From contig DUDG01000029.1 in the NCBI GenBank assembly GCA_012959395.1, positions 10,536-74,535 on the forward strand: 64,000 nt of DNA. The letters run 5' to 3'. A program made the translations under genes and the position numbers. Below are positions 18,720 to 26,509 of the stretch, piece after piece; positions within the stretch are counted from its first letter, which is position 1; each line of letters begins with the position of its first letter. The notes beneath the pieces were generated by a model. It was not told the DNA's origin. It was given only the letters and a program-made list of their open reading frames with translations, and did not search any database. The DNA comes from Flavobacteriaceae bacterium (GTDB lineage Bacteria > Bacteroidota > Bacteroidia > Flavobacteriales > Flavobacteriaceae).

Positions 18720-19307
18720 TTATTTTTTCCTATTGATTTCATCCCTTAAATAAGCTGCAAGTTCATAATCTTCATTTTTCACAGCTATTTCTATGGCTTT
18801 TTCTAATTGACCAACAGAAAGTTTAGAATAATCAATTTTTTTAATTGTAGGGTTTTGTTTAGTTGTACCTTTTTTGTTTTTTTTAGAATCGCCAGGTTTA
18901 ATTATTATACCGGCCTTATCTAAAACATCTTCATAGGTAAAAATGGGAGAATTAAATCTTATGGCTAGAGCAATAGCATCTGATGTTCTAGAATCAATTA
19001 TTTCTTCAATTTTATCTCTAACACAAATTAGACTTGAAAAAAAGACTCCATCTACTATCTTATGAATAATGACTTGTTTGATTTTAATTTCAAAACAATC
19101 AGAAAAATTTTTAAATAAATCATGAGTTAAAGGACGAGGCGGCTTAATCTCTTTTTCTAAGGCCACTGCAATTGACTGTGCTTCAAACCCACCTATAATA
19201 ACTGGTAATTTTCTTTCACCATTTTTTTCATTCAAAAGAAGAGCATAAGCTCCATTATGAGTTTGGCTATAAGAAATACGATTAATTGTAAGGCGAATTA
19301 AGCTCAT
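18720..19307 (-). CDS. bifunctional nuclease (BFN/DUF151) with a C-terminal UVR motif
   Basis: YALLLNEKNGERKLPVIIGGFEAQSIAVALE..PPRPLTHDL is the BFN signature. The C-terminal EDYELAAYLRDEI is UvrB/C-like. Confidence 0.8.
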   Translation of the reverse strand: MSLIRLTINRISYSQTHNGAYALLLNEKNGERKLPVIIGGFEAQSIAVALEKEIKPPRPLTHDLFKNFSDCFEIKIKQVIIHKIVDGVFFSSLICVRDKIEEIIDSRTSDAIALAIRFNSPIFTYEDVLDKAGIIIKPGDSKKNKKGTTKQNPTIKKIDYSKLSVGQLEKAIEIAVKNEDYELAAYLRDEINRKK

Positions 19308-19357
19308 ATAATTTAGGAGATATAATATCTTTCTAAAATAATAAAAAAAATATGAGT

Positions 19358-20311
19358 TTAGGCTTTAAATGCTTTGAGTTTTTCAGTTAATCTAGGAACG
19401 ACATCAAAAGCATCACCAACAACTCCGTAATCGGCTGCCTTAAAAAATGGAGCTTCAGGGTCATTATTAATGACAACTTTTATTTTGGATGAATTAATTC
19501 CAGCTAAATGTTGAATAGCTCCTGAAATACCAATAGCAATATATAAGTTAGCAGCAACTGGCTTACCAGTTTGACCAACGTGTTCACTATGTGGTCTCCA
19601 TCCCATATCAGAAACTGGTTTTGAGCATGCTGTTGCTGCTCCTAATGTTTCAGCAAGCTCTTCAATAATATTCCAATTTTCGGGACCTTTTAAGCCTCTT
19701 CCGCCAGAGACAACTATATCAGCATCTGCAATGGATATTTTACCAGAAACTTTTTCAGTTGAGTTTATTGTTATTTTCTTTTCAATTAACGATGGATTGA
19801 AATCCTCTACTAAACTTTCAGTATTATTTTCTAATAATCCAAAAGCATTACTTGATAGTCCAATAATTTTAACTTCAGAATCTATGGTTGAGTCACAAAA
19901 TGCTTTATTAGTAAATGAAGTTCTTTTAATAGTAAATGGGCTTAATGAACTTGGAAGCTCAACTACATTGCTTAAATAACCTGCATCTAGTTCAATAGAT
20001 AATAATGGAGCCATATACTTTGTATTTAGGCTACTGCTTAAAACTATATGGTTGGAATTAGTAGTTTTAGCCGCTTGAGCTATTACATTGGCGAATAATT
20101 TGGCATCAAAACTATCTAAGTTAGGGTTGGTAACTTTTAAAATTTTAGAAGCACCATATTTATTAAGCTCGCTAGTGTCATTAACGTTTAAGATAAGAGT
20201 AACTAGATCTGTGTCAAGTTTTTTTGCTAATTCACTCGAATAAGAGACTATTTCAAAAGCATTTTTTTTAACTTTTCCTTTAAAGGATTCTACGTAAGCT
20301 AATACAGACAT
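19358..20311 (-). CDS. etfA: electron transfer flavoprotein subunit alpha
   Basis: C-terminal FAD-binding region (VVSGGRGLK...IAIGISGAIQHLAG). Start placed at the ATG at 20309-20311 (MSVLAYVE), 10 nt after the etfB stop, not at the listed 20341. Confidence 0.9.
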   Translation of the reverse strand: MSVLAYVESFKGKVKKNAFEIVSYSSELAKKLDTDLVTLILNVNDTSELNKYGASKILKVTNPNLDSFDAKLFANVIAQAAKTTNSNHIVLSSSLNTKYMAPLLSIELDAGYLSNVVELPSSLSPFTIKRTSFTNKAFCDSTIDSEVKIIGLSSNAFGLLENNTESLVEDFNPSLIEKKITINSTEKVSGKISIADADIVVSGGRGLKGPENWNIIEELAETLGAATACSKPVSDMGWRPHSEHVGQTGKPVAANLYIAIGISGAIQHLAGINSSKIKVVINNDPEAPFFKAADYGVVGDAFDVVPRLTEKLKAFKA

Positions 20312-20321
20312 TTTTATAATT

Positions 20322-21068
20322 TTATAGGACTTTAGCTTCATTATAAAGCAAGTCGATTAGTTGATCTAAGTTATCTGGAGAAACCAGCTTAACCTCTTCT
20401 CTAGGATCTGGTTTATAAAATTTTATTGATTTAGTTTTTGAGCTTGAATTAGAAGATGGAATAACTTCTAAAGGCTTTTGCCTTGCTTGCATAATTCCTC
20501 TCATGTTAGGGATTCTAAGATCACTTTCTTCTACTAACCCTTTTTGTCCCCCAATAATTAAAGGAAGTTCACAGCTTAAAATTTCTTTACCACCATCAAT
20601 TTCTCTTTCAATAGTAGCAGTATTATTGTCAATTTCTAATTTGGTACAGTTTGTTACAAAGTTAATTTGTAATAACCCGGCAATTAAACCAGGTACCATA
20701 GCCCCGTTGTAATCTATAGATTCTCTTCCAGCTATAATTAAATCATAATTATTAGACTTAATATATTCTGCAATTTCTCTAGCAACAAATGAACCGTCAA
20801 TTGGCTCGGAATCTATTCTTATGGCTTTATCAGCACCTATAGCCAAAGTTTTTCTTAAAGTAGGTTCTGTATTAGATTTACCAACATTAATTACATCAAT
20901 AGTAGCATTTTGTTTTTCTTTAAACCACATGGCCCTTGTTAATCCAAACTCATCATTTGGATTAATAACATACTGAACCCCTTGACTATCAAAGACCGTA
21001 TCTCCTTCAGTAAAGTTAATTTTCGATGTTGTGTCAGGAACGTGACTTATACAAACTAAAATTTTCAT
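20322..21068 (-). CDS. etfB: electron transfer flavoprotein subunit beta
   Basis: MKILVCISHVPDTTSKINF and later ETF-beta-typical regions. Start at the ATG at 21066-21068 preferred to the listed 21095. Confidence 0.9.
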   Translation of the reverse strand: MKILVCISHVPDTTSKINFTEGDTVFDSQGVQYVINPNDEFGLTRAMWFKEKQNATIDVINVGKSNTEPTLRKTLAIGADKAIRIDSEPIDGSFVAREIAEYIKSNNYDLIIAGRESIDYNGAMVPGLIAGLLQINFVTNCTKLEIDNNTATIEREIDGGKEILSCELPLIIGGQKGLVEESDLRIPNMRGIMQARQKPLEVIPSSNSSSKTKSIKFYKPDPREEVKLVSPDNLDQLIDLLYNEAKVL

Positions 21069-21113
21069 ATTTAATTTAAAATTATTTTCATACAAATATA
21101 AAATAAAATTAAC

Positions 21114-21139
21114 TAATTACTATGCATGCATAGTAATTA
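21114..21139. promoter_or_regulatory. 26-bp perfect palindrome in the divergent etfB/pdhB intergenic region (candidate operator)
   Basis: TAATTACTATGCA|TGCATAGTAATTA checked base by base: all 13 pairs complementary, flanking pair mismatched. Confidence 0.5.
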
Positions 21140-21217
21140 TTTTGAATTAAAAATCGTACAAGTCTATAAATATTTATATATTTTTACAAAAATATTTATT
21201 TCAACAAAATTATATTT

Positions 21218-22195
21218 ATGAGAGTTATTCAATTTAGGGAAGCTATATGTGAAGCTATGTCTGAAGAAATGAGGTTGGACGAGACTATTTACTTGATGGG
21301 TGAAGAGGTGGCAGAATATAATGGAGCGTATAAAGCATCTAAAGGAATGTTAGATGAATTTGGAGATAAAAGAGTGATTGATACACCAATTTCTGAATCA
21401 GGTTTTTCTGGAATTGGAGTTGGTTCTACAATGACAGGTAATAGACCTATTATAGAATACATGACTTTTAATTTTGCACTTGTTGGTATTGATCAAATAA
21501 TAAATAATGCTGCTAAAATTAGACTGATGTCTGGTGGTCAATTTCCTTGTCCAATAGTTTTTAGAGGACCTACTGGTTCAGCAGGTCAATTAGGAGCTAC
21601 TCATTCTCAAGCTTTTGAAAGTTGGTATGCTAATTGTCCAGGATTAAAAGTAGTGGTTCCTTCAAATCCTTATGATGCAAAAGGATTGTTGAAGTCGGCA
21701 ATTAGAGATAATGATCCTGTAATTTTTATGGAGTCTGAACAAATGTATGGTGACAAAGGAGAAGTGCCAGAAGATGAATATTTAATTGAGTTAGGTAAAG
21801 CGGAAATTAAAATTCCAGGAAAAGATGTAACTATTGTTTCATTTGGAAAAATATTAAAAGAAGCTGTTAAAGCTATTAATGAATTAAAAAAAGAAGGAAT
21901 TGAGGCTGAACTTATAGATTTAAGAACTATTCGTCCTCTTGATATGGATACAATTATTGATTCAGTAAAAAGAACCAATAGACTAGTTATTCTAGAAGAG
22001 TCATGGCCTTATGGGAATATTTCTACAGAAATATCTTATCAAATTCAAAATAAAATATTTGATTACTTAGATGCTCCAATTGAGAAAATTAACACTGCTG
22101 ATACTCCAGCACCTTATTCACCTGTATTACTAGCTGAATGGATTCCTAATAGTCAGGATGTTATTAAAGCTGTGAAAAAAGTATTATATAAATAA
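21218..22195 (+). CDS. pdhB: pyruvate (2-oxoacid) dehydrogenase E1 component beta subunit
   Basis: MRVIQFREAICEAMSEEM..IYLMGEEVAEYNGAYK and transketolase-like pyrimidine and C-terminal domains. 325 aa. Confidence 0.85.
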   Translation: MRVIQFREAICEAMSEEMRLDETIYLMGEEVAEYNGAYKASKGMLDEFGDKRVIDTPISESGFSGIGVGSTMTGNRPIIEYMTFNFALVGIDQIINNAAKIRLMSGGQFPCPIVFRGPTGSAGQLGATHSQAFESWYANCPGLKVVVPSNPYDAKGLLKSAIRDNDPVIFMESEQMYGDKGEVPEDEYLIELGKAEIKIPGKDVTIVSFGKILKEAVKAINELKKEGIEAELIDLRTIRPLDMDTIIDSVKRTNRLVILEESWPYGNISTEISYQIQNKIFDYLDAPIEKINTADTPAPYSPVLLAEWIPNSQDVIKAVKKVLYK

Positions 22196-22286
22196 TAGAA
22201 AGGTGTTTTAAATCCCAAATAAATAGAGGTTTTTTATTTAATCCTATTTGACTATTTTTGCCACCTAAAATTAAATTTAAAATAAT

Positions 22287-24686
22287 ATGGAATCTATTAT
22301 AATTTTTTTGCCAATAGTCCTTGCTTTATTGGGATTAATTTATATGACTATAAAAAAGTCATGGGTTATGAAACAAAATGCAGGTGATGGTAAAATGAAA
22401 GAAATTTCTGACCATATATATGCAGGAGCATTAGCTTTTTTAAACGCCGAATATAAGTTATTAGCAATTTTTGTTTTTGTAGTGAGTTTAGCGCTCGCAG
22501 CAGTTTCATTTATGATACCTACTACTCATATACTTATAGTAGTAGCTTTTGGATTTGGTGCATTTTTTTCAGCATTGGCTGGAAATATGGGAATGAAAAT
22601 CGCTACAAAAACTAACGTTAGAACAACACAAGCCGCAAAAACTAGTTTACCAGATGCTCTTAAAATTTCATTTGGTGGAGGAACAGTAATGGGACTTGGA
22701 GTTGCTGGGTTAGCTGTTCTAGGTTTAACATCATTTTTTATTATTTTTTATAACTTTTTCATGAATGGAGCTTGGACAAGCACTGAAGATATGACAGTTG
22801 TTTTAGAAACTTTGGCAGGATTTTCTTTAGGAGCTGAATCAATTGCACTTTTCGCAAGAGTTGGAGGTGGAATATACACTAAGGCTGCGGATGTTGGAGC
22901 AGATTTAGTTGGTAAAGTTGAAGCTGGAATACCTGAAGATGATCCAAGAAACCCTGCGACAATTGCAGATAATGTTGGAGATAATGTTGGAGATGTAGCA
23001 GGTATGGGAGCTGATTTGTTTGGTTCTTATGTAGCTACTGTTTTAGCATCAATGGTGCTGGGAAATTACGTTATAAAAGACATGGGTGGAAATATCTCAG
23101 ATGCATTTGGAGGAATTGGTCCAATTTTATTACCTGTATTTATAGCTGGAGCAGGAATTATTATTTCTATTATAGGAACTATACTTGTTAAGATTAAAAA
23201 TAACGATGCTAAAGAAAATGAAGTAATGAACGCACTTAATAAAGGAAATTGGACTTCAATTGGTCTTGTAGCTATTTCTTGCTATGCATTATGTAGTTGG
23301 ATGCTTCCGGAAACTATGAAAATGGAATTTTTTGGAGAAGGATTAAAAGAAATATCTTCAATGAGTGTTTTCTATGCTACTTTAGTTGGATTAGTTGTAG
23401 GTGCAGGAATTTCTTCTGTAACAGAATATTATACAGGACTTGGGAAAAGTCCAATTTTGAAAATTGTTCAACAATCTAGTACTGGAGCTGGGACTAACAT
23501 TATCGCTGGTTTAGCAACAGGAATGATTTCTACATTTCCATCTGTTTTATTATTTGCAAGTGCAATATGGGCTTCCTATTTCTTTGCTGGTTTTTATGGG
23601 GTAGCATTATCTGCTTCCGCTATGATGGCTACTACAGCAATGCAGTTAGCAATTGATGCTTTTGGTCCAATTTCAGATAATGCTGGAGGAATTGCTGAAA
23701 TGAGTGAGCAGGATCCTATTGTAAGAGAAAGAACAGATATTTTAGATTCAGTTGGAAATACAACAGCTGCTACTGGAAAAGGTTTTGCCATTGCTTCTGC
23801 AGCACTTACTTCTTTAGCTTTATTTGCTGCTTATGTTACTTTCACAGGAATTGATGGGATTAATATTTTTAAAGCTCCTGTTTTAGCTATGCTATTTGTA
23901 GGTGGAATGGTGCCAGTTGTTTTTTCAGCTTTAGCTATGAATGCAGTGGGAAAAGCAGCTATGGAAATGGTTCAAGAAGTTAGAAGACAATTCAAAGATA
24001 TTCCTGGTATTATGGAAGGTAGTGGTAAACCAGAATATGATAAGTGTGTAGCAATTTCTACTCAAGCTTCTTTGAAAGAAATGATGTTACCAGGATTATT
24101 AACTATTGGCTTTCCGCTAGCTATAGCTTTTGTTCCAATGATTTTTGGAATGAATAATTCAGCTATAGCAGAAATGTTAGGAGGTTATATGGCTGGAGTA
24201 ACTGTAAGTGGAGTACTTTGGGCTATTTTTCAAAATAATGCTGGAGGCGCCTGGGATAATGCAAAAAAATCATTCGAAGCTGGAATTGAAATTAATGGTG
24301 AAATGACTTTTAAAGGCTCAGAAGCTCATAAAGCAGCTATTACGGGTGATACTGTTGGAGATCCTTTTAAAGACACATCAGGACCATCAATGAATATCTT
24401 AATTAAATTAACTTGTTTGATTGGTCTAGTGATTGCCCCAATTTTAGGAGGGCATACGATTGATTCAGACTTAACTAATAGTGATCATAATATTCAAAAA
24501 GAAGTTAAAATTGAAGTTACAGGTATAACGAATGATAATTGGTCAATGACTATAATTGATTCAAAAACAGATGAGAATGGTGTAGTTACTAAAACCTCAG
24601 AAACTATTAAAGGAAGCAAAGACGAAATCATGTCTGAAGCTGACAAAAGAGGAATTGCAGCTATGGGCCAGATAGATAAAAAATGA
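22287..24686 (+). CDS. hppA: membrane-integral (K+-dependent type) ion-translocating pyrophosphatase
   Basis: [40 protein letters not shown], and [13 protein letters not shown] (Ala, not Lys, in the K+-dependence position). About 80-aa hydrophilic C-terminal extension. Confidence 0.92.
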   Translation: MESIIIFLPIVLALLGLIYMTIKKSWVMKQNAGDGKMKEISDHIYAGALAFLNAEYKLLAIFVFVVSLALAAVSFMIPTTHILIVVAFGFGAFFSALAGNMGMKIATKTNVRTTQAAKTSLPDALKISFGGGTVMGLGVAGLAVLGLTSFFIIFYNFFMNGAWTSTEDMTVVLETLAGFSLGAESIALFARVGGGIYTKAADVGADLVGKVEAGIPEDDPRNPATIADNVGDNVGDVAGMGADLFGSYVATVLASMVLGNYVIKDMGGNISDAFGGIGPILLPVFIAGAGIIISIIGTILVKIKNNDAKENEVMNALNKGNWTSIGLVAISCYALCSWMLPETMKMEFFGEGLKEISSMSVFYATLVGLVVGAGISSVTEYYTGLGKSPILKIVQQSSTGAGTNIIAGLATGMISTFPSVLLFASAIWASYFFAGFYGVALSASAMMATTAMQLAIDAFGPISDNAGGIAEMSEQDPIVRERTDILDSVGNTTAATGKGFAIASAALTSLALFAAYVTFTGIDGINIFKAPVLAMLFVGGMVPVVFSALAMNAVGKAAMEMVQEVRRQFKDIPGIMEGSGKPEYDKCVAISTQASLKEMMLPGLLTIGFPLAIAFVPMIFGMNNSAIAEMLGGYMAGVTVSGVLWAIFQNNAGGAWDNAKKSFEAGIEINGEMTFKGSEAHKAAITGDTVGDPFKDTSGPSMNILIKLTCLIGLVIAPILGGHTIDSDLTNSDHNIQKEVKIEVTGITNDNWSMTIIDSKTDENGVVTKTSETIKGSKDEIMSEADKRGIAAMGQIDKK

Positions 24687-24690
24687 TATT

Positions 24691-24864
24691 ATGAAAAAAG
24701 ATAATAAACGAGAATTTTCTATAAAGGAAAAATCAATTGCAATTGGTGTTGTTGGTGGTACTTTGGTAGGTGTTTTAACTGATAATATAGGACTTTGGCT
24801 TTCTCTAGGGATAGCTTTTGGAGTTGGAATTGGATTAGAAGCTGATAAACGAAAAAAAGAGTAA
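24691..24864 (+). CDS. small glycine-zipper membrane protein (57 aa), absent from the supplied ORF track
   Basis: Hand translation gives MKKDNKREFSIKEKSIAIGVVGGTLVGVLTDNIGLWLSLGIAFGVGIGLEADKRKKE, with stop TAA at 24862-24864. Basic termini flank a GxxxG-rich hydrophobic core. It starts 4 nt after the hppA stop. Confidence 0.55.
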   Translation: MKKDNKREFSIKEKSIAIGVVGGTLVGVLTDNIGLWLSLGIAFGVGIGLEADKRKKE

Positions 24865-25509
24865 TTAACTCTTAATAGCATCATCTAATTTTTTATCTGA
24901 ATACTTACTTAAACTATTGTCAACTTTACTGATGATTGTTTTGAGGTCTTCTTTATTTTTAACAAAATCTAAATTATCAACATCAATTATTAATAGCTCC
25001 CCTTTTTTATAGGTTTGCGTCCAAGCTTCATATCTTTCATTAAGTCTGCTTAAATAATCGATACTAATAGAGCTTTCATAGTCTCGTCCTCTTTTATGAA
25101 TTTGATCAACTAAATTAGGAATGCCACTTCTTAAATAGATTAAAAGATCAGGAGCTTTTACGAAAGACTCCATAAGATCAAAAATAGATTTGTAGTTTAT
25201 AAAATCTCTATTAGTCATAAGTCCCATAGCTTTCAAATTAGGAGCAAAAATAAAAGCGTCTTCATAGATTGTTCGATCTTGAATTATTTTCTTTCCATTT
25301 TTTGCAAAATCCATTATTTGACGAAATCTACTATTTAAAAAATAGATTTGAAGATTAAAGGACCACCTTTCCATTTGATCATAAAAATCATCTAAATAAG
25401 GATTCTTCACCACGTCTTCATAATGACCTTCAAACTTATAGTGTTTTGAAAGAAGTTTTGTTAATGTTGTTTTACCAGCCCCAATATTTCCAGCAATCGC
25501 AATGTGCAT
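24865..25509 (-). CDS. deoxynucleoside kinase
   Basis: P-loop IAIAGNIGAGKTTL and the dNK family layout (ERS/DR motifs). 214 aa. Confidence 0.85.
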   Translation of the reverse strand: MHIAIAGNIGAGKTTLTKLLSKHYKFEGHYEDVVKNPYLDDFYDQMERWSFNLQIYFLNSRFRQIMDFAKNGKKIIQDRTIYEDAFIFAPNLKAMGLMTNRDFINYKSIFDLMESFVKAPDLLIYLRSGIPNLVDQIHKRGRDYESSISIDYLSRLNERYEAWTQTYKKGELLIIDVDNLDFVKNKEDLKTIISKVDNSLSKYSDKKLDDAIKS

Positions 25510-25639
25510 ATTTTTTGAATTTTAATTTTTTCTAAGGACATCTAAATTAAAAAAATATAATTCAAATTAAACTTTATTATATACTTATTGTCTATTTAGT
25601 ATTAAATCACTAGAATTGCACAGTTTAAAAATATAAATT

Positions 25640-26476
25640 ATGAAAAAAATATTACTACTTTTTTTAATTTTTAATTTCAATGGATTCTCACAAGATTTTC
25701 AGGGAAAAGCATATTACATGTCTAAGACAAGTGTAAATACAGATTTTACTAATAATCTGCCACCAGACAGAGCTAAATACATCTTGGGTATGATGAATAA
25801 AGCACTAGAAAAAAATTACATTTTAGATTTTAATAGTAACTCATCTTATTTTGAAGTAGAAGAAGTGTTAGAAGCAGGTGGAAGGCAAGGTGGGGGATTT
25901 AATTGGATGCAATTTGTTGGAGGGCCTGATGGAGGATCTTTACATAAAGACTTGCAGTCTAAAATTTATACTAATAAAAAGGAGCTTTTTGGAAAAATAT
26001 TTTTAGTAAAAGATAGTATTACTCCTAGTAAATGGGTTATGACTGGGGAGACAAAACAGATAGGAATATATAATGCTTATAAAGCAACTATAACAAAAGA
26101 AGTGGAGGAACGTGAATTCAATTTTGGACGCCGTCCAACTAGCGGAGGTGAGTCAGAGTCTGAACCAGAAGCTCCTAAAATGAGAGAAGTAGTAATGAGT
26201 GCCTGGTTTACACCTGAAATCCCAGTATCAACAGGACCAGCTATGTATGGAGGACTTCCTGGATTAATTTTAGAAATTAATGATGATAAAACAATTATTC
26301 TTTGTACTAAAGTAGTTTTAAATCCTAAAGTGAAAATTAAAATTAAAGCTCCTTCAAAAGGAAAAGTTGTTACTAAAAGTGAATTTGATCAGATTGCAAA
26401 GGATAAGGCAAAAGAAATGCAGGAAATGTACCAAGGAAGAAGAGGAGGAAGATCAAGGGTGTTAATTAGACACTAA
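25640..26476 (+). CDS. GLPGLI family protein
   Basis: Signal peptide plus the family-defining motif YGGLPGLILEI near the C-terminal third. Confidence 0.85.
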   Translation: MKKILLLFLIFNFNGFSQDFQGKAYYMSKTSVNTDFTNNLPPDRAKYILGMMNKALEKNYILDFNSNSSYFEVEEVLEAGGRQGGGFNWMQFVGGPDGGSLHKDLQSKIYTNKKELFGKIFLVKDSITPSKWVMTGETKQIGIYNAYKATITKEVEEREFNFGRRPTSGGESESEPEAPKMREVVMSAWFTPEIPVSTGPAMYGGLPGLILEINDDKTIILCTKVVLNPKVKIKIKAPSKGKVVTKSEFDQIAKDKAKEMQEMYQGRRGGRSRVLIRH

Positions 26477-26509
26477 GCAATTATTGTTTATTAATAAAAA
26501 TCAATTATA

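Noticed and set aside
22196-22286. AT-only inverted repeats after pdhB (AAATAAA...TTTATTT), and similar ones after 29260, considered as terminators.
   Set aside because: The stems are 6-7 bp of A-T pairs only, with poor loops. They cannot be distinguished from background in this composition.
24597-24884. 95-aa minus-strand ORF spanning the hppA 3' end and the following spacer.
   Set aside because: It overlaps the conserved hppA C-terminus and is antisense to a more plausible 57-codon plus-strand membrane ORF (24691-24864). Its sequence has no motif and is a compositional artefact.
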